From the NCBI GenBank assembly GCA_944380265.1, contig CALWGY010000001.1:229697-293696 (forward strand): a stretch of DNA of 64,000 nt, written 5' to 3'. Under the pieces are notes generated by a model. The model worked only from the letters and a program-made list of their open reading frames with translations. It was not told where the DNA came from and did not search any database. This DNA is from an uncultured Clostridia bacterium (lineage in GTDB: Bacteria; Bacillota; Clostridia; Christensenellales; UBA1242). The position numbers and the translations under genes were made by a program. Shown here piece after piece: positions 45,985-55,496 of the stretch (its first letter is position 1; each line of letters opens with the position of its first letter).

Positions 45985-47111
45985 TTTATATCTTTTAAAT
46001 CTTTAACATAGTTTTTATAACGGCTAAAATCATTATTTTCAAAATTTTGTTTAACTTTTTCAAGTGCTTGTTTTGTTTCTTTATTCAAACTTTTTGGTGC
46101 TTCACCAACAATTGTTACATTTATGTTTCCGTAATTGTTTGAATTTAGATTTTTAATGCCTTTGCCTTTTAACTTGAATATGGTATTACTTTGAGTAAGT
46201 TCAGGAATTTTTATGGTTGTTGTTCCTTTTGTTAATGGAATTTCAACTTCGCCACCAAGCAAAAGTGTGTAGAATGGAACATAAACTTTTAAGTTTAAGT
46301 CGTATCCATCACGAACAAACATTTTGTGGTCTTTAACACTAACATAAATGTGCAAATCACCATTTCTGCCACCACGAACACCTGCATTTCCGCCACCCGG
46401 TTTTGTTAAAACTTGGTCGTTGTCAATGCCTGCTGGAACATTTATTGAAACAGTTTTGTTTACTTTGTTATAACCATCGCCATTGCAATATTCACATTTT
46501 TCAATAATCTTTTTGCCAGTGCCATTACAAGTTTTACAAACACCAGTTCTAACCACTCTACCCAAAATTGTGTTTTCGGTGTAACTAACAGTTCCAGCAC
46601 CATTACATTCTGGACAAGTTGTGTATTTTGTTCCATTTTTTGCACCTGTGCCATTGCACTTAGAACATGTTTCAATTTTTGAAACATTAACTTCTTTTGT
46701 GCAACCAAAAACCGCCTCTTCAAATGTTAAGTTCATTTTTATGTTTATGTCTTGCCCATCAACAGCCATGTTTGCTCGACTTTTCCCAAATCCGCCACTA
46801 AACATGTTAAACAAATCATCAAGCCCGCCAAAACCAAAGCCACCACCAAAACCACCAGAGCCATTTGCTCCGCCAAAGAAATCGTTTGGATTTGGTCCTT
46901 GTGCACTTCCATAGTTATCGTAATTACTTTTTTTGGTTGGGTCGCTTAAAACTTCGTATGCTTCGTTAATTTCTTTAAATTTTTCGGCAGCACCTTCTGT
47001 TTTGTTTATGTCGGGGTGATATTTTTTTGCTAAATTTCTGTAAGCAGATTTAATTTCATCGGCACTTGCTGTTTTTGAAACACCCAAAATATCGTAATAA
47101 TTTTTTGCCAC
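45981..47111 (-). CDS. dnaJ: molecular chaperone DnaJ
   Basis: J domain with HPD (KKYHPDINK), a G/F-rich region, and four CxxCxGxG zinc motifs. Confidence 0.95.
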   Translation of the reverse strand: MAKNYYDILGVSKTASADEIKSAYRNLAKKYHPDINKTEGAAEKFKEINEAYEVLSDPTKKSNYDNYGSAQGPNPNDFFGGANGSGGFGGGFGFGGLDDLFNMFSGGFGKSRANMAVDGQDINIKMNLTFEEAVFGCTKEVNVSKIETCSKCNGTGAKNGTKYTTCPECNGAGTVSYTENTILGRVVRTGVCKTCNGTGKKIIEKCEYCNGDGYNKVNKTVSINVPAGIDNDQVLTKPGGGNAGVRGGRNGDLHIYVSVKDHKMFVRDGYDLNLKVYVPFYTLLLGGEVEIPLTKGTTTIKIPELTQSNTIFKLKGKGIKNLNSNNYGNINVTIVGEAPKSLNKETKQALEKVKQNFENNDFSRYKNYVKDLKDIK

Positions 47112-47303
47112 TTTAATTAGTCCTTTTTGTTAAAGTTAATTTTTTTAATTTATTTTTTAACCGCAAACGAAAACCCCAAAATTTGTAGGTTTTCGTTTTA
47201 AGCTAAATTATATGTTTCAATTAAACTTTATGTGATGGTTAAGTTTTATTTAAAGTTTAATAAAAAACCAAATTAAATTAATGATTAAAATTATGATTTA
47301 AAA

Positions 47304-49130
47304 TTATTTGTTGTCTTTTTTGTTTTTGTCTTCTTCAACAATAATTTCATCATCTTTTTTGTTTTCTTGATTTTGTGCTTGAGCTTTTTCTGCTGCTGCT
47401 TGATATAGTTTTGTTACAATTGGTTCGTTTTCTTTGCTTAGTTCTTCCATTGCTTTTCTAATTGTGTCGGCATCATCACTTTTGAATTGTTCTTTTGCCT
47501 TTTCAATTGATTTTTCAAGTTTTTCTTTGTCTTCGCTAGAAATTTTGTCGCCATTTTCTTTAAGCATTTTTTCAAGAGCAAACACTAAGTTGTCGGCATC
47601 ATTTTTCAAGTTTACAAGTTCTTTACGTTTTTTGTCTTCTTCTGCATGAGCTTCTGCTTCTTTAATTGCCTTGTCAATTTCATCTTCTTTTAAGTTTGAT
47701 GAAGCAGTTATGGTTATGCTTTGAGATTTGTTTGTTCCCAAATCTTTTGCACTAACAGAAACAATTCCGTTTGCATCAATATCGAAAGTAACTTCAATTT
47801 GAGGAACTCCCCTTGGTGCAGGAGGAATGTCGTTTAATTGGAAACGTCCAAGAGTTTTGTTGTCTTTTGCAAATTCACGTTCGCCTTGCAAAACATGAAT
47901 GTCAACACCTGGTTGATTATCAACAGCGGTGCTAAATACTTGTGATTTTTTGGTTGGAATTGTTGTGTTACGTTCAATTAATTTTGTGAACACTCCACCC
48001 AAAGTTTCAATTCCTAATGATAGAGGTGTAACATCCAAAAGCAACACATCTTTAACATCACCAGCAAGAACGCCTGCTTGAATTGCTGCACCCATTGCAA
48101 CGCATTCGTCTGGGTTGATGCCCTTAAATGGTTCTTTTCCAGTTAATTTTTTAACTGCTTCGTTAACAGCAGGAATACGTGTTGAACCACCAACCATTAA
48201 AACTTTTGAAATATCGTTAAATGAAAGTTTTGCATCACGCATAACTTGGTTAACTTTGTCTAGTGTTTTTTGAACTAGATATTCTGTAATTTGGTCAAAT
48301 TTTGCACGGCTTAAATCGTATTCTAGGTGTTTTGGACCTGTTTCGTTTGATGTGATGAATGGAAGTGAAATTGTGGTTTTGTTAACAGCACTTAAATCAA
48401 TTTTTGCTTTTTCACTTGCTTCTTTTAATCTTTGAAGTGCAAGTTTATCTTTGCTTAAATCAATTCCTTCATTTTTCTTAAATTCTTCAATTAACAAATT
48501 CATAATTTCTTGGTCGAAATCGTCGCCACCTAAACGGTTGTCACCAGCGGTTGCCAAAACTTCAAACACGCCATCGCCAATTTCCAAAAGTGAAATATCA
48601 AATGTTCCACCACCAAGGTCGTAAACCAAAATTTTTTGGTTTTTGTTTTCGCCTTTATCAAGACCATATGCAAGTGCTGCTGCTGTTGGTTCATTGATAA
48701 TTCTTAAAACATCTAGCCCTGCAATTTTACCAGCATCTTTTGTTGCTTGACGTTGGCTATCTGTAAAGTATGCAGGAACAGTGATTACTGCTTGTGTTAC
48801 TTTTTCGCCAAGATATGTTTCAGCATCGGTTTTAAGTTTTTGCAAAATCATTGCTGAAATTTCTTGTGGTGAATATTCCTTATCAAAAATTTTAACACGA
48901 TAGTTTGAACCCATTTCACGTTTAATTGAAATAACTGTGTTATCTGGGTTTGCAACAGCTTGTCGTTTTGCAACTTGACCAACCAAACGTTCGCCATCTT
49001 TTTTGAATGCTACAACACTTGGGGTTGTTCTGTCGCCTTCTGCATTAGGAATTACGGTTGCTTCGCCGCCTTCCATAACTGCAACACATGAGTTTGTTGT
49101 TCCTAAGTCAATACCAATTATTTTTGCCAT
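47304..49130 (-). CDS. dnaK: molecular chaperone DnaK
   Basis: 608-aa ORF with [18 protein letters not shown] and an EEV-less acidic/Lys-rich tail. Confidence 0.97.
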   Translation of the reverse strand: MAKIIGIDLGTTNSCVAVMEGGEATVIPNAEGDRTTPSVVAFKKDGERLVGQVAKRQAVANPDNTVISIKREMGSNYRVKIFDKEYSPQEISAMILQKLKTDAETYLGEKVTQAVITVPAYFTDSQRQATKDAGKIAGLDVLRIINEPTAAALAYGLDKGENKNQKILVYDLGGGTFDISLLEIGDGVFEVLATAGDNRLGGDDFDQEIMNLLIEEFKKNEGIDLSKDKLALQRLKEASEKAKIDLSAVNKTTISLPFITSNETGPKHLEYDLSRAKFDQITEYLVQKTLDKVNQVMRDAKLSFNDISKVLMVGGSTRIPAVNEAVKKLTGKEPFKGINPDECVAMGAAIQAGVLAGDVKDVLLLDVTPLSLGIETLGGVFTKLIERNTTIPTKKSQVFSTAVDNQPGVDIHVLQGEREFAKDNKTLGRFQLNDIPPAPRGVPQIEVTFDIDANGIVSVSAKDLGTNKSQSITITASSNLKEDEIDKAIKEAEAHAEEDKKRKELVNLKNDADNLVFALEKMLKENGDKISSEDKEKLEKSIEKAKEQFKSDDADTIRKAMEELSKENEPIVTKLYQAAAEKAQAQNQENKKDDEIIVEEDKNKKDNK

Positions 49131-49198
49131 ATTTTTATATCTCCTATTTTTTTAAAAATTTCCTTTATTTTTTTGTTTTTTATATATTTGCAAAGTAG

Positions 49199-49804
49199 TT
49201 AAAGTTTGTTAATTTTAACCACACTATGCCTAATAACTTTGTCGTCGGTTTTATAACCCTCTTGCAACTCTTCCAAAACAACTTCATCTTCTTTTGTTTC
49301 GTCGCAATCGGTTAAAACGGCGTTATGCAAATGAGGGTCAAATTTTTGCCCCAAGCACTCAATTTTGTAAATTCCAAAACTGGAAAGTGCTTTTATTATT
49401 TGATTGTGAATAAGTTCTAGCCCCTTTAATGCATTTTCATCTTTAATTGTTTCTTTTGCCTGCTTAAAACTATCCATAACTGGCAGCAGTTTTGAAACAA
49501 ATGCAAAAACACCATTGTTAAAACTTTGTTTTTCAATTTCTGCGTTTCGGCGTTTGTAATTTTCAAAATCTGCTTGAATGCGTTGTGCTAGTTCCAAATA
49601 ACCCAAAGTTTCTTCGTCAACATCATTGTGTGAGCAATTGCAATCATCGCCACATTCGCAATGGTGTTTGTTATTACCATTGTGCTTTTGGCAATTAGTT
49701 TTGTTGCACTTTTCTTTGTTTTCAGTTTCAGTGTTTTGTTCAGGCTTTTGTTTTAAAACTTCTTCTTCGGATTTGATATCAGTTTTTTTTGTTTCTTTTG
49801 CCAT
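49199..49804 (-). CDS. grpE: nucleotide exchange factor GrpE (with Cys/His-rich N-terminal insert)
   Basis: 201-aa ORF with GrpE core QRIQADFENYKRR ... FDPHLHNAV. Confidence 0.9.
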   Translation of the reverse strand: MAKETKKTDIKSEEEVLKQKPEQNTETENKEKCNKTNCQKHNGNNKHHCECGDDCNCSHNDVDEETLGYLELAQRIQADFENYKRRNAEIEKQSFNNGVFAFVSKLLPVMDSFKQAKETIKDENALKGLELIHNQIIKALSSFGIYKIECLGQKFDPHLHNAVLTDCDETKEDEVVLEELQEGYKTDDKVIRHSVVKINKL

Positions 49805-49807
49805 TTT

Positions 49808-50854
49808 TTACTCCTTATTATACTTTGACAATTCATCAGAAATATATTTTAATGCAGATGCAATTTTTGCATAGTTCATTCGTTCTGGCCCAAGCACACT
49901 AACCGATGCCACAACACCATTTCCAATGTGATAGTTTGTGTTTATGATGGAATAGTCGGAATATTTTTCGTTTAAATTTTCTTCGCCAATTGTGAAAACT
50001 AGGTCGTTTGAAGAATTATCATCAATGTTTTCAATAATATCTTTAATTTCCTTTTCGTTTTCAATTAGTTTTAAAAATTTTTTTGCTTCGTTAATATCCT
50101 TATATTCTGGCTCATTTAAAAATTTGGTTGAGTTTGAATGAATGAATTTGTTTGTTCGTTCGTCTGCAAACTTTTTTAAAATGTCTGTTACAGCAACAAA
50201 CAATTCCTGATAAAATTTGATTTGCTTTTTAAACAAATTGTTATAATAATCAATGTTTTCAATTATGTCGGTTATTTTTTTGTTATATAAATTTGTTGTT
50301 AGATATTTTGAAGCATCTTTGCAAACATCTTCTGTAACCGACGGATTTAACTCAATTGTGTTGTTTATTATTCCTGCATTTGTTTGAAACAACAGCAAAC
50401 CTTGCCCTGTAATTAACGGAATTATGTTTATTCCTTGAACTGTTAAATCATCAATGCTTTTAATTCTAACATAAGTTGGAAAAGAAGTTATTTGATTTAT
50501 GCTTTTTGCAATGTCGGTTAAAATGTCGCTTAAAAAAGCAGAACGCATAACAAACTTATCTTTAATTTCGTTAATAACGTTTGGATCTAGTGTGTTGTTT
50601 TTGATTATGGTGTTAACGTAATAACGATATGCCTTGGTGGTTGGAATTCTGCCACCACTTGTGTGAAGTTGTTTTAAAAACCCCATTTCCTCTAACGCAC
50701 TAAGTTCGTTTCTAAGTGTTGCACTACTCAAATTTTTAAATAGTGTTTTGTGAACCTTTTCGCTTGTTATTGGGCTGGCGTTTTCAATGTAACTTTCAAC
50801 AGCACTAATAAGTAATTCATGTTTACGTTCTGATATTTTAAAATTATCTTTCAT
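49808..50854 (-). CDS. hrcA: heat-inducible transcription repressor HrcA
   Basis: 348-aa ORF with N-terminal wHTH (SSATLRNELSALEEMGFL). First gene of the dnaK operon, with CIRCE upstream. Confidence 0.92.
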   Translation of the reverse strand: MKDNFKISERKHELLISAVESYIENASPITSEKVHKTLFKNLSSATLRNELSALEEMGFLKQLHTSGGRIPTTKAYRYYVNTIIKNNTLDPNVINEIKDKFVMRSAFLSDILTDIAKSINQITSFPTYVRIKSIDDLTVQGINIIPLITGQGLLLFQTNAGIINNTIELNPSVTEDVCKDASKYLTTNLYNKKITDIIENIDYYNNLFKKQIKFYQELFVAVTDILKKFADERTNKFIHSNSTKFLNEPEYKDINEAKKFLKLIENEKEIKDIIENIDDNSSNDLVFTIGEENLNEKYSDYSIINTNYHIGNGVVASVSVLGPERMNYAKIASALKYISDELSKYNKE

Positions 50855-50890
50855 TTTAACCTTTAATTTAGCAGTCTAATTTTTTAATTG

Positions 50891-50917
50891 TTAGCACTCT
50901 TTCCTTTTAAGTGCTAA
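50891..50917. promoter_or_regulatory. CIRCE operator (HrcA binding site)
   Basis: TTAGCACTC-N9-AAGTGCTAA has one mismatch to the consensus TTAGCACTC-N9-GAGTGCTAA. It lies 4 nt downstream of the -10 box. Confidence 0.9.
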
Positions 50918-50921
50918 TTGC

Positions 50922-50950
50922 ATTATATGCTTATTTTATACGCAAGTCAA
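50922..50950 (-). promoter_or_regulatory. sigma-A-type promoter of hrcA-grpE-dnaK-dnaJ
   Basis: Minus strand reads TTGACT (50950-50945), a 17-nt spacer, then TATAAT (50927-50922). Confidence 0.75.
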
Positions 50951-51273
50951 CGAAAATATGTTAAAATTTTTTAATTTTTTTTACTTTTTTTAAAAAATTT
51001 TTTAACTTTTTATTTTTGATTTTTTTAATGATAATTTAAAATAAAATTTGATAAATACGATTTTTTGAGATAAAAATTGAAGAAGATAAAAATTGATAAT
51101 TGATAAATAAGAATATAAATAATTAGATAATTATATTAGATGATTTTAGATAATAATTAAAATATAATCTATAAAATATTGTTTAATAACATTTAAAACT
51201 TCAAATTTTGTTTGCAATAATATTTTAATGGATTAACAAATTTTTTAAAATCAAATATGTTTTAAAAAACATG

Positions 51274-51327
51274 AAAAAAATGCAATTAAATTGTTTAAAA
51301 AAACAAATTTTAAACAATTTAATTGCA
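51274..51327 (-). terminator. terminator after hemW (20-bp perfect inverted repeat)
   Basis: TGCAATTAAATTGTTTAAAA (51281-51300), 7-nt loop, TTTTAAACAATTTAATTGCA (51308-51327). On the minus strand it is followed by a 7-nt U-run. Confidence 0.65.
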
Positions 51328-51335
51328 TTTAATTT

Positions 51336-52466
51336 TTAACTTACTAAATTAAGTATTATTTGATTTAATACATAAAAACCATTAACTGTTGCAAACAAAT
51401 GGTTGTTTTCAACTTTTATTAATCCTTGATTTAACAGTTCTAAAATTTGTTGTTCTTTTTCTTTTAACAAATCGTAGTTATAATTTTTAATTAATTTGTT
51501 TAAGTCTATTCCCTCAACTGTTCTTAGCCCCAGCATTATTGTTTCTTCAATTAGTTCATAACTTGTTAGCGTTTCAACATTTTCTTGCACGCTTTTATTT
51601 TTTGAAATGTTTGAAATGTAGGTTTCTATGTTCGAAATATTGTTAAACCTTTTATTTTCAACAAAACTGTGTGCCGAACAACCAAAGCCAACGTAGTTAA
51701 CCATGTTCCAGCAATTTTTGTTGTGAACGCATTCAAAACCCGGTTTTGCAAAATTTGAAACTTCATAACGCGAAAAGCCGTTAAGTTTGGTTTGCTTTAA
51801 AACATAATTAAACATTCCCAAAACCTTTTCTTCTTTTGGAAGTTTAACTTCGCCATTTTCAACCATTTTAAAAAGTGGTGTGTTTTCTTCCAAAATTAAG
51901 GTGTAAGCACTAATGTGAGTTAAACCAAGTTTAAAACAATAGTTTAAAGTGCGTTTAACATCGCCCTGTTTTTGCCTTGGCAAACCAATCATAACATCGG
52001 CATTAATGTTTTTAAATCCAACTTTTTTAAGGTTGTTTATGGCAAGCAAAAAATCGTTAAATGTGTGTGCTCTGCCAATTAATTTTAAAAGTCTGTTGCT
52101 TGTGGTTTGAACACCAACCGACACCCTGTTTATGCCACAATTAAACCATTCTGTTGCGTTTGTGTAGGAAATGGAATTTGGGTTTGCTTCAATGGTTATT
52201 TCTGCGTTTGGTGCAACATTATAGAACTTTTTTATTGCATTAACAATTAAACTAACTGACCCCGCTTGCAAAATGCTTGGTGTTCCGCCACCAATGAAAA
52301 TTGTTGTTATTTGAAAGTTTTTATATTTTTCACTTTCACGTTTTATTTCTTTAACCAAACTTAAAACATAGTCGTTAATCAAATTTGGCTTAACTTCCGA
52401 ATAAAAATTGCAATATGTGCATTTTTTAACACAAAACGGAATGTGAACATAAATTCCAAGTTCCAT
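51336..52466 (-). CDS. hemW: radical SAM heme chaperone HemW (HemN-like, oxygen-independent coproporphyrinogen oxidase family)
   Basis: 376-aa ORF with HIPFCVKKCTYCNF and GGGTPS. Its start overlaps the lepA stop (ATGA). Confidence 0.88.
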   Translation of the reverse strand: MELGIYVHIPFCVKKCTYCNFYSEVKPNLINDYVLSLVKEIKRESEKYKNFQITTIFIGGGTPSILQAGSVSLIVNAIKKFYNVAPNAEITIEANPNSISYTNATEWFNCGINRVSVGVQTTSNRLLKLIGRAHTFNDFLLAINNLKKVGFKNINADVMIGLPRQKQGDVKRTLNYCFKLGLTHISAYTLILEENTPLFKMVENGEVKLPKEEKVLGMFNYVLKQTKLNGFSRYEVSNFAKPGFECVHNKNCWNMVNYVGFGCSAHSFVENKRFNNISNIETYISNISKNKSVQENVETLTSYELIEETIMLGLRTVEGIDLNKLIKNYNYDLLKEKEQQILELLNQGLIKVENNHLFATVNGFYVLNQIILNLVS

Positions 52467-54277
52467 CAGTCAATTTTTAAAATGCTCATAAATGCCTCTG
52501 ATGGAATTTCCACCGAGCCAATTTTACGCATTCGTTTTTTACCTTTCTTTTGTTTTTCTAGTAGTTTACGTTTTCTGGAAATATCGCCACCATAACATTT
52601 TGCCAAAACATCTTTTCTAAGCGCTTTAACAGTTTCACGAGCAATAACTTTTGAACCAATTGCTGCCTGAATTGGAATTTCGAACAACTGCCTTGGAATT
52701 ACTTCCTTCAATTTTTCAACAATGGAACGCGACTTATAGTATGCTCGGTCTTTGTGAACAATCATGGAAAGTGCATCACAAACTTCGCCATTTAGCAAAA
52801 TATCAACCTTAACAAGGTCACTTTCCTTATAACCCAAAATTTCGTAATCTAAGCTTGCATAACCACGAGAACAAGATTTTAGTTTGTCAAAAAAGTCGTA
52901 AATAATTTCGTTAAGTGGAATGTCGTAAACCAACTGGCAACGGTTTTTATCTAGATATTGCAAATCTTTGTGTTCACCACGTTTTTCTTGCGCTAGTTCC
53001 ATTAAGTTGCCAACATATTGTGGTGGTGTGAAAATGTTAACACGTGTTATTGGTTCTTCCATATAATCAATTTCTTGTGGTTTTGGCAAATCGGCTGGGT
53101 TGCTAACCAAAAGTGTTTCGCCAGTTGTTGTGTGAACTTTGTAGCAAACCGATGGTGCGGTTGTTATTAAATCTAGGTCGAACTCACGTTCCAACCTTTC
53201 CTGAATAATTTCCATGTGCAGTAGCCCCAAAAATCCGCACCTAAAACCAAAGCCAAGTGCTTGGCTAACTTCTGGTTCATATTCAAGTGATGCATCGTTT
53301 AGTTTAAGTTTTTCTAGTGCATCTTTAAGTTCATCATAGTCAGCACCATCAACACAAAAAATTCCACTAAACACAACTGGTTTTACTTCCTTATAGCCCG
53401 GAAGTGGATTGTTTGTTGGATTTAAAGCATTTGTTATTGTGTCACCCACCTTGGTTTCCGAAACATTTTTTATGCTTGCACAAATGTAGCCAACATCGCC
53501 AGCCAAAAGTTCGTTTTGCATTACTGGTTTTGGTTCAAACACCCCAACTTCGGTTACATCATATTCCTTTCCTGTTATGAAAAACTTTATTTTGTCGCCA
53601 GCCTTAACTTTACCATCGAAAATTCTAACCAAGCACACTGCACCTTTAAAATTGTCGTAGTAACTATCAAAAATCAAAGCACGCAAAGGTGCGTTTTCAT
53701 CACCAACAGGTGCTGGAATTTTTGTTATTATTTGTTCCAAAACCTGATTAATGTTTGTGCCATCTTTTGCACTAACACATGGCGCATCTTGGGCATCAAG
53801 TCCAATTATTTCTTCAATTTCCTTTTTAGCAGTTTCAGTGTCGGCACTAGGCAAATCAATTTTGTTAATAACAGGCACAATTTCTAGGTTGTTATCAATT
53901 GCCAAATATGCATTTGCAAGCGTTTGAGCCTCAACACCTTGTGTTGCATCAACAATTAAAATTGCCCCTTCACATGCAGCAAGCGACCTTGAAACTTCAT
54001 AAGTAAAATCCACATGACCTGGTGTGTCTATTAAGTTTAGTTCATATTCTTCCCCATTAAAATTATATTTCATTTTTGTTGGGGTTAGTTTTATTGTTAT
54101 TCCTCGCTCTCTTTCAATATCCATGGAATCTAGCACCTGAGCACTAAGTTCACGTTTGGAAAGTGTTCCAGTTAGTTCAATTAACCTATCGGCAAGTGTG
54201 CTTTTTCCGTGGTCGATGTGCGCAACAATACAAAAATTTCTGATGTGTTTTAATCTGTTCTGCAAAGTAATCTCCAT
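52466..54277 (-). CDS. lepA: elongation factor 4 (LepA)
   Basis: 603-aa ORF with [18 protein letters not shown] and the LepA-specific C-terminal domain. Confidence 0.96.
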   Translation of the reverse strand: MEITLQNRLKHIRNFCIVAHIDHGKSTLADRLIELTGTLSKRELSAQVLDSMDIERERGITIKLTPTKMKYNFNGEEYELNLIDTPGHVDFTYEVSRSLAACEGAILIVDATQGVEAQTLANAYLAIDNNLEIVPVINKIDLPSADTETAKKEIEEIIGLDAQDAPCVSAKDGTNINQVLEQIITKIPAPVGDENAPLRALIFDSYYDNFKGAVCLVRIFDGKVKAGDKIKFFITGKEYDVTEVGVFEPKPVMQNELLAGDVGYICASIKNVSETKVGDTITNALNPTNNPLPGYKEVKPVVFSGIFCVDGADYDELKDALEKLKLNDASLEYEPEVSQALGFGFRCGFLGLLHMEIIQERLEREFDLDLITTAPSVCYKVHTTTGETLLVSNPADLPKPQEIDYMEEPITRVNIFTPPQYVGNLMELAQEKRGEHKDLQYLDKNRCQLVYDIPLNEIIYDFFDKLKSCSRGYASLDYEILGYKESDLVKVDILLNGEVCDALSMIVHKDRAYYKSRSIVEKLKEVIPRQLFEIPIQAAIGSKVIARETVKALRKDVLAKCYGGDISRKRKLLEKQKKGKKRMRKIGSVEIPSEAFMSILKID

Positions 54278-54600
54278 AAAAATTTATACTAATATAGTAT
54301 AGCAAATTAAACAAAAAAGACAAAATTTTTATTGATAATATTGTTTTATTGTTTGTTAATGTTAATTAACTTATTTTAGCATTTAACTTATTTTATTTGA
54401 TAGATTTGATGTTTATATTTATTAAAATTTTAACAACCAAAAATTAAAAAATACATAAATTATCTGCTTTTTGTCATAAACACCCCAATTTTTGATTAAA
54501 AATTAGGAAAAAAACATAATAGGTTTGCCAATTTTTTTTATTTTTGCTAGAATTATTACATTAAATGAATTTGATAACCCTAAACAAGGATTTATGATAT

Positions 54601-55326
54601 ATGGATATATTTGAAAGTTGGCTTGTGAACAACACCATTTTAAAATATGGTATGGTAACACCAGAAGAGCCTGAAAACACAATTGGAGCATTTGACGGTG
54701 CAATTAAAATTAACGCACCAATTTTGATTTGCGTGCAAAGTTTGGATGATGAAAATTTGGTTTGTTTTTCCTACAAAAACATTTCTAAAATAACAAACGG
54801 CACGGGATATGTTCAAACACTTTCTTTAAACGAAGTTGAAAACTTGAAAGTTAAAAACACAAAATATAATGTTTTATCATTTGAAAAAGCATTAAAACAC
54901 ATAAATGGTCAAGTTCCTGTTTTAATTAACATTTTTAACGATGGTGTTGTTGGCAAAATGGAAAGCAACATTTTAAAAGAACTTAAAAATTACAAAGGCG
55001 AATTTGCTGTTATGTCCACTAACCCATATGTGCTTGAATGGTTTAAAAACAATGCAAACGATGTTTTGCGCGGAATTAAAAGTGGAAAGTTTGATGACAA
55101 ATATTATGGTAGCATTAAAACCAAAAAATTAACTAAGCTTAAATTTAACAAAATTTGCGAACCAGATTTTATTGTTTACAATTTTGAAGATTTGCCAAAC
55201 AAATATGTTAACAAATGGAATGTGTTACCAATTATTGCATATGGCGTTACAAATGAATCGGAATATTTAAGTGTTGTAAAGCACTGCGACAATGTTATTT
55301 GTGATGGATTTATTCCTGAAATTTAG
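54601..55326 (+). CDS. glycerophosphodiester phosphodiesterase (GDPD)-like protein with a non-canonical N-terminal motif
   Basis: 241-aa ORF. EPENTIGAFDGAIK matches the GDPD PENT..AF..A motif, but the preceding HRG is replaced by KYG. Confidence 0.6.
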   Translation: MDIFESWLVNNTILKYGMVTPEEPENTIGAFDGAIKINAPILICVQSLDDENLVCFSYKNISKITNGTGYVQTLSLNEVENLKVKNTKYNVLSFEKALKHINGQVPVLINIFNDGVVGKMESNILKELKNYKGEFAVMSTNPYVLEWFKNNANDVLRGIKSGKFDDKYYGSIKTKKLTKLKFNKICEPDFIVYNFEDLPNKYVNKWNVLPIIAYGVTNESEYLSVVKHCDNVICDGFIPEI

Positions 55327-55412
55327 TTTAAAAACAATAAGCAAAAACAAATCAAAGTAGAAATTGAAAACACAAATTACAAGATTATTAAAAAAATAAA
55401 ACTATTACATAA

Positions 55413-55448
55413 GAAAAAAAGCACTAACATTATATTAGTGCTTTTTTT
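55413..55448. terminator. bidirectional terminator between convergent GDPD-like and ABC genes
   Basis: Hairpin GCACTAA/TTAGTGC (55421-55441), flanked by a 7-nt A-run and a 7-nt T-run. Confidence 0.7.
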
Positions 55449-55496
55449 AGGCATATTTTAAAACTTTGCATAATACTTAAAATTTTATGTTTTGTT

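Noticed and set aside
47165-47198. Hairpin AAACGAAAACC/GGTTTTCGTTT between dnaK and dnaJ as a terminator
   Set aside because: On the coding (minus) strand no U-tract follows the stem, so it is not a canonical intrinsic terminator. At most it is an mRNA-stabilising or attenuating hairpin within the operon.
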